Shown: positions 24,691-32,185 of the stretch, in pieces
Layout: the number at the start of each line of letters is the position of its first letter
Numbering within the stretch: the first letter of the stretch is position 1
NCBI GenBank assembly: GCA_028718845.1
Contig: JAQULA010000001.1
Location: 1-35,931 of the forward strand
Length of the DNA: 35,931 nt
Source of the DNA: Candidatus Omnitrophota bacterium
Lineage (GTDB): Bacteria > Omnitrophota > Gorgyraeia > B26-G9
Reading direction: 5' to 3'
Translations under genes and position numbers: made by a program
The notes under the pieces: model-generated
Told to the model about the DNA's origin: nothing
Database searches by the model: none
The model's input: the letters and a program-made list of their open reading frames with translations, nothing else

Positions 24691-25635
24691 ATGGATATCG
24701 TATTTTTCGGTTCGTCGGATTTCAGCGTGGAGAGTTTACGGCTATTGGCAGAGCGTCACCGGGTGGCGGCGGTGTTTACCCAGCCCGACCGTAAAAAAGG
24801 GCGGCATCTGCATTTAAGCGAAACCCCGGTAAAGATATTCGCCAAAGAACATAATCTGCCCGTATTTCAGCCGCAGGATGTGAATGCCCCGGAGATCGTG
24901 GCTCAGCTTAACCAATACCATGCCGACATGTTTGTGGTGGTCAGCTTCGGTCAAAAGTTAAGCCCGGCAATATTATCCGGCCCGAAAAAATTTTGCGTTA
25001 ACGTGCATTCGTCTTTGCTGCCGCGCTGGCGGGGGGCGGCCCCGATCAATCGGGCGATTACCGCCGGCGACAGCCAGTCCGGGGTGACGATCATGAAAAT
25101 GAATGAGCACATGGACCGCGGCGATATTATTCTGAGCCGGAGTACTCCGATCGGCGCTGATGACGACGCCATAACTCTGGCCCATCGGCTGGCGGAAATG
25201 GGAGCGCGGGCTTTGCAGGAGGCGCTGTCGGCGGTAGAGCAGGGTACGGCTCATTTTACGGTCCAGGATGAAGCCCGGTCAACCGTTGCCAAAAAGCTGA
25301 AGAAGGAAGACGGGTTGATTGACTGGATGCAGTCCGGACGGCATATCCATAATCAGGTGCGGGGGCTGCTGCCCTGGCCTTGCGCGCATACGCATTATAA
25401 AGGAATGTTTATTAAAGTGCTGAAAACCGCGCTGCTTACCGGACCGGTTGAGTGCCCGCCGGAATTTTCTCCGGGGCAGGTGGTGGCGATCGAGAAAAAT
25501 AAGGGTATTGTGGTGGCGGTCAAAGACGCAGTCCTGTTGATCGAAACCCTGCAAAGCGAAGGTAAACGCGCCATGCCCGCCTATGATTTTGTTCTCGGCC
25601 ATCATGTGCGGGTGGGGGATGCATTCGGAGAGTAA
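24691..25635 (+). CDS. fmt: methionyl-tRNA formyltransferase
   Basis: IVFFGSSDFS, VFTQPDRKKGR, the catalytic HSSLLPRWRGAAPINRAI, GVTIMKMNEHMDRGDI, and a C-terminal Fmt domain. Confidence 0.95.
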   Translation: MDIVFFGSSDFSVESLRLLAERHRVAAVFTQPDRKKGRHLHLSETPVKIFAKEHNLPVFQPQDVNAPEIVAQLNQYHADMFVVVSFGQKLSPAILSGPKKFCVNVHSSLLPRWRGAAPINRAITAGDSQSGVTIMKMNEHMDRGDIILSRSTPIGADDDAITLAHRLAEMGARALQEALSAVEQGTAHFTVQDEARSTVAKKLKKEDGLIDWMQSGRHIHNQVRGLLPWPCAHTHYKGMFIKVLKTALLTGPVECPPEFSPGQVVAIEKNKGIVVAVKDAVLLIETLQSEGKRAMPAYDFVLGHHVRVGDAFGE

Positions 25636-25781
25636 ACATGCCGAATGCTGTCCATGGTCGACAGTCGATAGACTACAGTCAAAACCAATCCGGAGTGCGG
25701 ATTATAGTTTTTGCATGTACGTTGCTGTTTGCATGCTGTGGTCCGTGGTCAATGGTCTGTGGACAAGATGCTTCTTCACCC

Positions 25782-25809
25782 TTGAATTGCTTCAGGAACC
25801 TGTTATAAT
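25782..25809 (+). promoter_or_regulatory. sigma70-type promoter (TTGAAT-16 nt-TATAAT) for the galT-like/gap genes
   Basis: TTGAAT at 25782-25787 and a perfect TATAAT at 25804-25809, 33 nt upstream of ATG 25842 and followed by AGAGGAAAAG. Confidence 0.5.
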
Positions 25810-25841
25810 GAAGGGCATTATCGCGGAGAAAGAGGAAAAGC

Positions 25842-26861
25842 ATGCCGGAGTTACGTAAAGACCCCATTATCGGCCGCTGGGTTATTATTGCCACCGAACG
25901 CGGAAAGCGGCCGCATGATTTTGCCGTTCCGAAGGAAGAGACCAAAAACGAGGATTGCCCTTTCTGCGAAGGCCATGAACGGCAAACCCCGCCGGAAATT
26001 TTTGCCGTGCGCAAATCGCATAGCGGTTCTAATTCCCCGGGGTGGAAAGTCCGGGTCACTCCGAACATGCCGCCGTTGCTGCAGATTGAAGGCGATCTGG
26101 ACCGCCGAGGCAAAGGGCTTTACGATATCATGAACGGTATCGGGGCGCATGAACTTATTATTGAAACTCCCGAGCATATCGCCAATATCCCGGACCTGGA
26201 TGTGGAGCAATTGTCCCAGGTGTTTTATACTTATAGCCGGCGTATCCAGGACCTGGAAGGGGATAAGCGGATCAAATACGTGTTGTTGTGCAAGAATTAC
26301 GGGCAAAGTGCCGGCGGCACCCGGATCCGGCATTCCGTGACCCAGTTGATCGCTTTGCCGGTGAATCCCAAACGGGTAAAAGAAGAGCTTATCGGCGCGC
26401 GCCGGTATTATGAATACCGCGAGCGCTGTATTTTTTGCGACATGATCCGGCAGGAGATCCAGACCGGAAGCCGCATTATCGAGCGCGGCGACGGGTTTAT
26501 CGCTTTTGCTCCCTATGCCTCGCGGTTCCCGTTCGAGGTTTGGGTGCTGCCGGAGGAACATTCCTGCGATTTTTATACCATAAAGAATACGCGGGGATTG
26601 GCCGCGATCATGAAGTCGGTGATGCGGAAGTTGTCGGTTACTCTGCAGGACCCTCCGTATAATTATATCGTGCATACCGCGCCGTTCCGCCGAATGGCGT
26701 CGCAGGGATTTTGGAAAACGATCGATTATGATTATCATTGGCATATCGAGATCATGCCGCGGTTGACCAAGGTGGCCGGGTTCGAGCTGGGCAGCGGGTT
26801 TTATATCAACCCCACGCCGCCGGAAGATGCCGCTAAATATCTGAACGAAGGGATCGTATAA
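25842..26861 (+). CDS. GalT-like (HIT superfamily branch III) nucleotidyltransferase paralog lacking the nucleophile histidine
   Basis: The zinc motif CPFCEGHE and the overall GalT fold motifs are present. The active-site HxHxQ reads H-S-V-T-Q (26331-26345), and NKFP reads NMPP. Confidence 0.75.
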   Translation: MPELRKDPIIGRWVIIATERGKRPHDFAVPKEETKNEDCPFCEGHERQTPPEIFAVRKSHSGSNSPGWKVRVTPNMPPLLQIEGDLDRRGKGLYDIMNGIGAHELIIETPEHIANIPDLDVEQLSQVFYTYSRRIQDLEGDKRIKYVLLCKNYGQSAGGTRIRHSVTQLIALPVNPKRVKEELIGARRYYEYRERCIFCDMIRQEIQTGSRIIERGDGFIAFAPYASRFPFEVWVLPEEHSCDFYTIKNTRGLAAIMKSVMRKLSVTLQDPPYNYIVHTAPFRRMASQGFWKTIDYDYHWHIEIMPRLTKVAGFELGSGFYINPTPPEDAAKYLNEGIV

Positions 26862-27865
26862 TGCAGCAACTACGCCGCGACCCGATTATCGGGCGATGGA
26901 TAATCGTCAATTATAATCAGGTTAATCAGCCGTCGGATTATCAATCGGAGTCGGTGGAGAAAAAACGGGTGGGTAAATTGTGCCCGTTCTGCTCCGGAAA
27001 TGAGGACAAGACCCCCCCGGAGATTTATGTCGACCGGCCGGTGCACGCGCGCGCGAACGAGCCGCGTTGGAACCTGCGGGTGATTGCCAATAAATTTCCC
27101 GCGCTGCGTATCGAGGGTGACCTGGAACGCCAGGGTATCGGCCTCTACGACCAGATGAACGGGGTCGGCGCGCACGAGGTGATTATCGAGACGCCTTACC
27201 ATGAAAAAGACCTCGCCGACTTGAGCCCGGATGAAGTGGCCAAGATAATCCTGGCCTATAAACACCGTTGTGTGGACCTGCGCAAGGACCGGCGGTTCGA
27301 ATATATCATTATTTTCAAAAATCACGGGGCCAGCGCCGGCGCGTCCCTGGAGCATTCTCATTCGCAGTTGATTGCCCTGCCGATCGTGCCGAAGAAAACG
27401 CGGGAGGCCTTGCGCGGCGCCGAACTCTATTACGGGTACAAGGAGCGCTGCGTATACTGTGACATCATCCGCCAGGAGTTGGAAGAGAAAGAGCGTCTGG
27501 TGAGCGAGACCGAGCATTTTGTCGTGTTTACGCCGTTCGCTTCCTGCTCGCCGTTCGAGACCTGGATCATTCCGAAAACGCATGGTTCGCAGTTTTACCA
27601 TATCCGGGAAGATCTGATCGGTGAGCTGGCCGCTGTGCTGCAGGAAACGCTGTGGCGGCTGAAAAAGGTCTTGACAGATCCGCCGTTTAATTTTATTATT
27701 AACACTGCTCCTATTCAGCATGAACAGGAGCTGGATTATTATCATTGGCATATTGAAATCGTACCTAAGCTTACCAGGTCTGCTGGTTTTGAATGGGGGA
27801 CCGGTTTTTATATTAACCCCAGCCCACCGGAACAAGCCGCGAAATGGTTGCGCGAGATCAAATAA
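26861..27865 (+). CDS. galT: galactose-1-phosphate uridylyltransferase-like / ADP-glucose phosphorylase-like enzyme (canonical active site)
   Basis: CPFCSGNE, VIANKFPAL, the canonical HSHSQ (27353-27367) and YHWHIEI. Its ATG shares one base with the upstream TAA (TAATG). Confidence 0.8.
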   Translation: MQQLRRDPIIGRWIIVNYNQVNQPSDYQSESVEKKRVGKLCPFCSGNEDKTPPEIYVDRPVHARANEPRWNLRVIANKFPALRIEGDLERQGIGLYDQMNGVGAHEVIIETPYHEKDLADLSPDEVAKIILAYKHRCVDLRKDRRFEYIIIFKNHGASAGASLEHSHSQLIALPIVPKKTREALRGAELYYGYKERCVYCDIIRQELEEKERLVSETEHFVVFTPFASCSPFETWIIPKTHGSQFYHIREDLIGELAAVLQETLWRLKKVLTDPPFNFIINTAPIQHEQELDYYHWHIEIVPKLTRSAGFEWGTGFYINPSPPEQAAKWLREIK

Positions 27866-27910
27866 TCTGAAACGTTTTCATTGAGGTTACTATTGAAAGG
27901 AGGAAACACA

Positions 27911-28960
27911 ATGGGAGTACGTATTGCTATTAACGGGTTTGGAAGAATCGGGAGGATGGTGGCCCGGGCTATCCTGGAAAAAAATAATAAGGATCTGGAA
28001 CTGGTGGCGGTCAATGATATCGCCGACGCGAAGGTGTTAGCCCACTTGTTTAAATATGATTCGGTTCACGGCCGGTTTAAGGGCAGCGTCGAGGTGAAGG
28101 ACAACGCGATCGTTATCAACGGCAAAGAGGTAAAAGTGTTTGCCGGGAAAGATCCGTCGGACATCCCGTGGAAAGAAGTGAAAGCGGATGTGGTGGTCGA
28201 ATCGACCGGGATTTTTACCAGCAAGGACAACGGCGTAAATAAAAAAGGCAAAGAAGTAAAAGGCGCGATCAATCACATTACGGTGGGCGGCGCTAAGAAG
28301 GTTATCATCAGCGCTCCGGCCTCCGGCGAAGACATCACCATCGTAATGGGTGTTAACGAAGACAAATATGACGCGCAAAAGCATCTGGTTATTTCCAACG
28401 CGTCCTGCACCACGAACTGTCTCGGCCCGGTGGCCAAGGTATTGAACGACAATTTCGGCATTGAAAAAGGGTTAATGACCACGATTCATGCGTATACCAA
28501 TGACCAGCGCGTGCAGGATATGCCGCATGCGGATATGCGTCGTGCCCGTGCCGCCGCGCTTTCGATGATTCCGACGTCGACCGGTGCCGCCAAAGCGATT
28601 TCTCTGGTAATCCCGGAATTAAAAGGGAAATTGGACGGTTTCGCCATGCGTGTTCCGGTGGCCAACGTTTCAGTGGTGGATTTAAGCTGCACATTGAAGA
28701 AAGAAACTACTGCCGAAGAGATCAACAAATTGCTTAAGGCCGCGGCCGACGGTAAGATGAAGGGGTACCTGGATTATACCGATGAAGAGGTGGTTTCCAG
28801 CGATTTTAATCATTATCCGGCGTCCTCGATCGTCGATTCGAAGCTGACCAAGGTAATCGGCGGAACTTTTGCCAAGGTTATCGCCTGGTACGATAACGAA
28901 TGGGGATATTCCAGCCGCGTGGTCGATTTGATCGAGTTCATGATCAAAAAAGGGCTTTAA
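27911..28960 (+). CDS. gap: type I glyceraldehyde-3-phosphate dehydrogenase
   Basis: Start at ATG 27911 (GGAGGA RBS). Motifs are [19 protein letters not shown] and WYDNEWGYS. An extra ~11 residues ([11 protein letters not shown]) appear before [10 protein letters not shown] relative to the textbook GapA I recall. Confidence 0.95.
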   Translation: MGVRIAINGFGRIGRMVARAILEKNNKDLELVAVNDIADAKVLAHLFKYDSVHGRFKGSVEVKDNAIVINGKEVKVFAGKDPSDIPWKEVKADVVVESTGIFTSKDNGVNKKGKEVKGAINHITVGGAKKVIISAPASGEDITIVMGVNEDKYDAQKHLVISNASCTTNCLGPVAKVLNDNFGIEKGLMTTIHAYTNDQRVQDMPHADMRRARAAALSMIPTSTGAAKAISLVIPELKGKLDGFAMRVPVANVSVVDLSCTLKKETTAEEINKLLKAAADGKMKGYLDYTDEEVVSSDFNHYPASSIVDSKLTKVIGGTFAKVIAWYDNEWGYSSRVVDLIEFMIKKGL

Positions 28961-28984
28961 TAAAGCGTAATACCGATTAAACCG

Positions 28985-29025
28985 CCGGGGGTAGAAAATA
29001 GATTCTGCCCCCGGTTTTTATTTTT
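28985..29025 (+). terminator. rho-independent terminator after gap
   Basis: CCGGGGG (28985-28991) pairs with CCCCCGG (29008-29014), followed by TTTTTATTTTT. Confidence 0.8.
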
Positions 29026-29242
29026 GGGCGATTTGTGGTAGGATGAGTATTGCGTTACTCCAAGTAAAAAATAGAAAGATAAAATTAAAAAGTGAAATGC
29101 CGGCTGAACGGTAAACGGTTTAAAACCGCTTGACGCAACCGATCGACGATACGTCTGCCCGCCAAAATTTATGGCGGGGGCATTGAGACCGCCGTCTTTT
29201 TTGACGGGTTTTTGTGCGAATATAATAAATGAGGAGCGGAAT

Positions 29243-29746
29243 ATGAAACAATTTAAAGGCAAATTATTGAATGTGAGCGTGAAGAAGACGGTTCTTCCCA
29301 ACGGCCATGCGGTTAACCTGGAAATCGTCAATCATCCCGGGGCGGTGCTGATTGTCCCGTTTCTAAACAAAGACAAGGTGATCATACTGCGGCAGTACCG
29401 TGCGGTTATCGATACATACCTATATGAATTTCCCGCCGGCACTTTAGGCAAAGGAGAAAAGCCCGGTCATTGCGCGTACCGGGAATTGATCGAAGAAACC
29501 GGATATAAAGCAAAGAAAATCAAAAAGATCGGGAAGATTTATCCCTGTCCCGGCTATTCCACCGAAGAGATCGTATTCTTTACCGCTCATGAATTAACGG
29601 TTTGTCCGCGTCAGCCGGAACCGGACGAGATTATCGAAATTAAGGTGATGGACCGCAAAGAAATACAGCGGCTGTTTTCCTCCGGGAAGATTGTCGACGC
29701 CAAGACCATCTGCGCCCTGGCGATGTGCGGATGGTTAGCAAGCTGA
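29243..29746 (+). CDS. NUDIX hydrolase, ADP-ribose pyrophosphatase-like
   Basis: Start at ATG 29243 (GAGGAG RBS). Nudix box GTLGKGEKPGHCAYRELIEETGY, with an N-terminal beta domain as in NudF. Confidence 0.85.
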   Translation: MKQFKGKLLNVSVKKTVLPNGHAVNLEIVNHPGAVLIVPFLNKDKVIILRQYRAVIDTYLYEFPAGTLGKGEKPGHCAYRELIEETGYKAKKIKKIGKIYPCPGYSTEEIVFFTAHELTVCPRQPEPDEIIEIKVMDRKEIQRLFSSGKIVDAKTICALAMCGWLAS

Positions 29747-30006
29747 AGACCGCAGGACGAGGGATGACCGTTCCGCCGGAAAGCGGCGGGACTAGGACGA
29801 AGGACGCAAAAGCCGGAAAAGCTTCGATCTGAAGGCCGTAAGCTGTCGAAAGTTTTACAATAAAAGACGAAAAAATTTACGGTGTATTTATCCAAAAGCA
29901 CATTATATAAGCCTTCCGAAAAGTATAAATTATATATAGAGAGCAGTTTTAATTGGCGATGATTTGTGTGTAATTCGAGTGCATTCGTGTCCATCCCATA
30001 TATTAC

Positions 30007-30035
30007 TTGACAATAGTTACCATATATGCTATTAT
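30007..30035 (+). promoter_or_regulatory. near-consensus sigma70 promoter (TTGACA-17 nt-TATTAT)
   Basis: TTGACA at 30007-30012 and TATTAT at 30030-30035, in a 390-nt non-coding gap upstream of the MerR-like gene. Confidence 0.55.
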
Positions 30036-30152
30036 CAGCTTGAAAAATTTAAGGCCGTTATCGACGGTGAATTGTAAGAAGTGAAGGACTCCGTCCCCCT
30101 TTGCCGGGGAAGGAGTGTATCTATTTAAAGAGGATTATTGTCTTTATTAACA

Positions 30153-30425
30153 ATGATGAATGAGGGAGAAATGGACGAAATTATCAGCACAACCGACGAT
30201 ATTATCAGTGCTATGGAAGTGGTAAGGAAATATAACATTTCCTATCAAACGTTGAATCATTATACTAATTTTGGATTGCTGAATGCCGTCAGGAAAAGAG
30301 GTTCCGGGAATAAGCGTTTCTATAAATCGACGGAAGTTGAAGGAAATCTTAATAAAATCGATGAATTGAAAGGCAAGGGGTATCCATTAAAAATAATCGC
30401 GAAGATGTTGAATAATACGCATTAA
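30153..30425 (+). CDS. small MerR-type helix-turn-helix DNA-binding protein
   Basis: ISYQTLNHYTNFGLLNAVRKRGSGNKRFY fits the MerR HTH plus wing, and GYPLKIIAKMLN fits the second helix pair. There is no effector domain. The start is uncertain (TTG 30138, ATG 30153 or ATG 30171). Confidence 0.6.
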   Translation: MMNEGEMDEIISTTDDIISAMEVVRKYNISYQTLNHYTNFGLLNAVRKRGSGNKRFYKSTEVEGNLNKIDELKGKGYPLKIIAKMLNNTH

Positions 30426-30500
30426 ACGGAACTTTTTAAGGAAAAGAAGTATATGAAAATGGATTTTTACGGAATCATAGGAGTATTACGCGTAACGAAA

Positions 30501-30538
30501 AGCTATGCCTGGACAGGTATGGCTTTTTATTTTTTTTT
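30501..30538 (+). terminator. rho-independent terminator-like hairpin between the MerR-like gene and the ATPase gene
   Basis: A 9-bp stem (AGCTATGCC / GGTATGGCT, with two G-U pairs) and a 6-nt loop, then TTTTATTTTTTTT. It ends 10 nt before ATG 30549. Confidence 0.55.
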
Positions 30539-30548
30539 GAGGTGAACG

Positions 30549-31181
30549 ATGAGCTATTACAAAATTCTCGGATTTGACAAAGAGCCGTTTTCGACGAGCC
30601 CGGACCCGGTGTTTTTTTATGAGTCGCGGGAGCATGAGCAGGCCTTGACCAACCTGATGATTGAATTGCGGCTGAAGCGGGGCTTAAGTGTAATCCTGGG
30701 AGACGTCGGCACCGGAAAAACGACACTTAGCCGTAAGTTGTATCAGCTGATCAAATCTCAGGAAGGGTTTATTTGTCACATGATGCTTGATCCGGTGTAT
30801 AACGACGAGGAAGTATTCCTGACCTCGCTGACCCGGAATTTCGACGTCTCGGCGGCCGGCAGCGGGCCGCGGATCCTTGATCTTAAAGAAGCCCTGGAAC
30901 GGTTTTTGTTCCAAAGAGGGGTGGAGGAGAATAAAACAATAGTTTTGATTATTGACGAAGCCCAAAAATTAAATGAGCTGACTTTGGAATGCCTGCGGGT
31001 GCTGCTGAATTATGAGACTAATGAATATAAATTGCTCCAGCTGGTCCTGCTGGGGCAGATGGAATTACATTCGAAGATCCTGTCGATCCCGAATTTTATC
31101 GACCGGATAAGTTTTAAATACACATTGAACCCGCTGGATGAACGCGAGATGCGCCAAATGATCGAATTCCGCATCCGTTAG
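30549..31181 (+). CDS. ExeA/GspA/MshM-like AAA+ ATPase, N-terminal 210 codons ending at an in-frame TAG
   Basis: The N-terminal YYKILGFDKEPFSTSPDPVFFYES is typical of ExeA. Walker A is GDVGTGKTT and Walker B is VLIIDEAQ. TAG at 31179-31181. Confidence 0.8.
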   Translation: MSYYKILGFDKEPFSTSPDPVFFYESREHEQALTNLMIELRLKRGLSVILGDVGTGKTTLSRKLYQLIKSQEGFICHMMLDPVYNDEEVFLTSLTRNFDVSAAGSGPRILDLKEALERFLFQRGVEENKTIVLIIDEAQKLNELTLECLRVLLNYETNEYKLLQLVLLGQMELHSKILSIPNFIDRISFKYTLNPLDEREMRQMIEFRIR

Positions 31182-31199
31182 GCCGGGTACAAGGCAAAG

Positions 31200-31409
31200 A
31201 TGAATTTGTTCCTGGATAGCGCGATAACCGCGATCTATCATCATACCCGGGGCTATCCGCGCCGGGTGAATATGCTTTGTCACAAGGCGCTGAAGAGCCT
31301 GGTGATGAAAAATAAATTTGTTGTCGACGAAACGCTGGTCAAAGAACTGATCGATGAGGAAATTCATCAGGGGCTGCATTGGGTCCGGCAGCCGATGGTG
31401 GTTCGCTAG
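31200..31409 (+). pseudogene. C-terminal remainder of the ExeA/MshM-like ATPase (same frame, downstream of the TAG)
   Basis: It is in the same reading frame as 30549. AGYKAKMNLFLDSAITAIYHHTRGYPRRVNMLCHKAL matches the usual ExeA C-terminal segment (xAG...F...A...I...GG.PR.IN.LC). Confidence 0.7.
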
Positions 31410-31504
31410 CCGTAATCAGGCTGAAAGCCGCGGCGCCGGGATGGGCTGCGATCATCCGGGGTGTATTATCAGGGAGCTGCGCATTCAGCAGTAAGTTCAA
31501 TACT

Positions 31505-32185
31505 ATGGCTAATAAAGACGTTTCACCGGAAAAACGGTTATTGGATATTATCGAGGGCAAACAGGGTAATTCCCCGGCCGGGACCGCTTTGGGGGCCGGC
31601 AAAAAGCTGCTTTTTCCGAAAGCTTTGCAGGCCCGGTTATCTTTTTTCCGGGACCTGCTGAAAAAGAAGGGCGGTTCACGGCAACGCGTATTTATCGACC
31701 TGAAAACGGTCAATATCATACTGCAGGCGGTGATTGTCGTTATCGCGGTCGGATTGGGGATCGGCCTGAAGATCGATTTGGACGCGATCAAAAAGGGGGA
31801 TTTTTTTAAGGAATCAAATTCCGGTGCGGAGCTGCAGGCCGGAGCGACGGAAGTTGTATCTTTGCTGCAGCCGGTGGATTTTTATCTTAAGAAAGTGGAA
31901 GAGCGCGATTTGTTCCGGATAGTAACCGATAAGAAGGGGGAATCCGGGGGCGCGTTTAAAGAACCGGATAAAACGGTTATCTCGAAGCTGCAGGAAATAA
32001 CCCAAACCCTGAAGCTGGTGGGGATTTCCTGGTCGAACGACCCGGACGCGATAATCGAAGATACGAAAATTCAGAAAACTTATTTCGTTAAAAAAGGATA
32101 TATGATTGATTCGATCATGGTTAAAGAAATCCTGAAGGACAAAGTTATCCTGCGTTGTCAGGGGGAAGAGGTTGACCTGCGATGA
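31505..32185 (+). CDS. bitopic GspC/PilP-like secretin-associated protein
   Basis: Start at ATG 31505. A single TM (VNIILQAVIVVIAVGLGIGL) is followed by a C-terminal small beta domain, LKLVGISWSNDPDAIIEDTKIQKTYFVKKGYMIDSIMVKEILKDKVILRCQGEEVDL, resembling the GspC HR / PilP domain. Its stop overlaps the secretin ATG (ATGA). Confidence 0.5.
   Translation: MANKDVSPEKRLLDIIEGKQGNSPAGTALGAGKKLLFPKALQARLSFFRDLLKKKGGSRQRVFIDLKTVNIILQAVIVVIAVGLGIGLKIDLDAIKKGDFFKESNSGAELQAGATEVVSLLQPVDFYLKKVEERDLFRIVTDKKGESGGAFKEPDKTVISKLQEITQTLKLVGISWSNDPDAIIEDTKIQKTYFVKKGYMIDSIMVKEILKDKVILRCQGEEVDLR

Noticed and set aside
25583-25858. 91-aa ORF spanning the fmt to galT-like intergenic region
   Set aside because: It overlaps the fmt 3' end and the promoter region. 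Its Cys/Trp-rich composition is odd, and it has no RBS.
25851-27835. Two roughly 300-aa - strand ORFs (25851-26744, 26870-27835) opposite the GalT-like genes
   Set aside because: The + strand products carry the full GalT motif set. The - strand translations are Arg/Pro/Gly-rich without motifs, so these are shadow ORFs of GC-rich coding sequence.
29201-29226. TTGACG ... TATAAT upstream of the NUDIX gene as its promoter
   Set aside because: The spacer is only 14 nt, which is outside the usual 16-18 nt range, so it is not listed as a feature.
29773-29789. GC hairpin CCGCCG-GAAAG-CGGCGG after the NUDIX gene as a terminator
   Set aside because: No T-tract follows it, so it cannot be called an intrinsic terminator from sequence alone. 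It may be a stabilising stem or nothing.
30453-30545. 30-codon ORF (MKMDFYGIIGVLRVTKSYAWTGMAFYFFLR) between the MerR-like gene and the ATPase gene
   Set aside because: It has no convincing RBS. Its 3' half is simply the terminator hairpin and T-tract read as codons.
31179-31181. In-frame TAG as evidence for stop-codon reassignment (alternative genetic code or pyrrolysine)
   Set aside because: TAG ends several well-delimited genes in this same window, at 8821, 15142, 19806, 21201 and 22344. No pyl genes are seen. A nonsense mutation, a variant or an error is more parsimonious.
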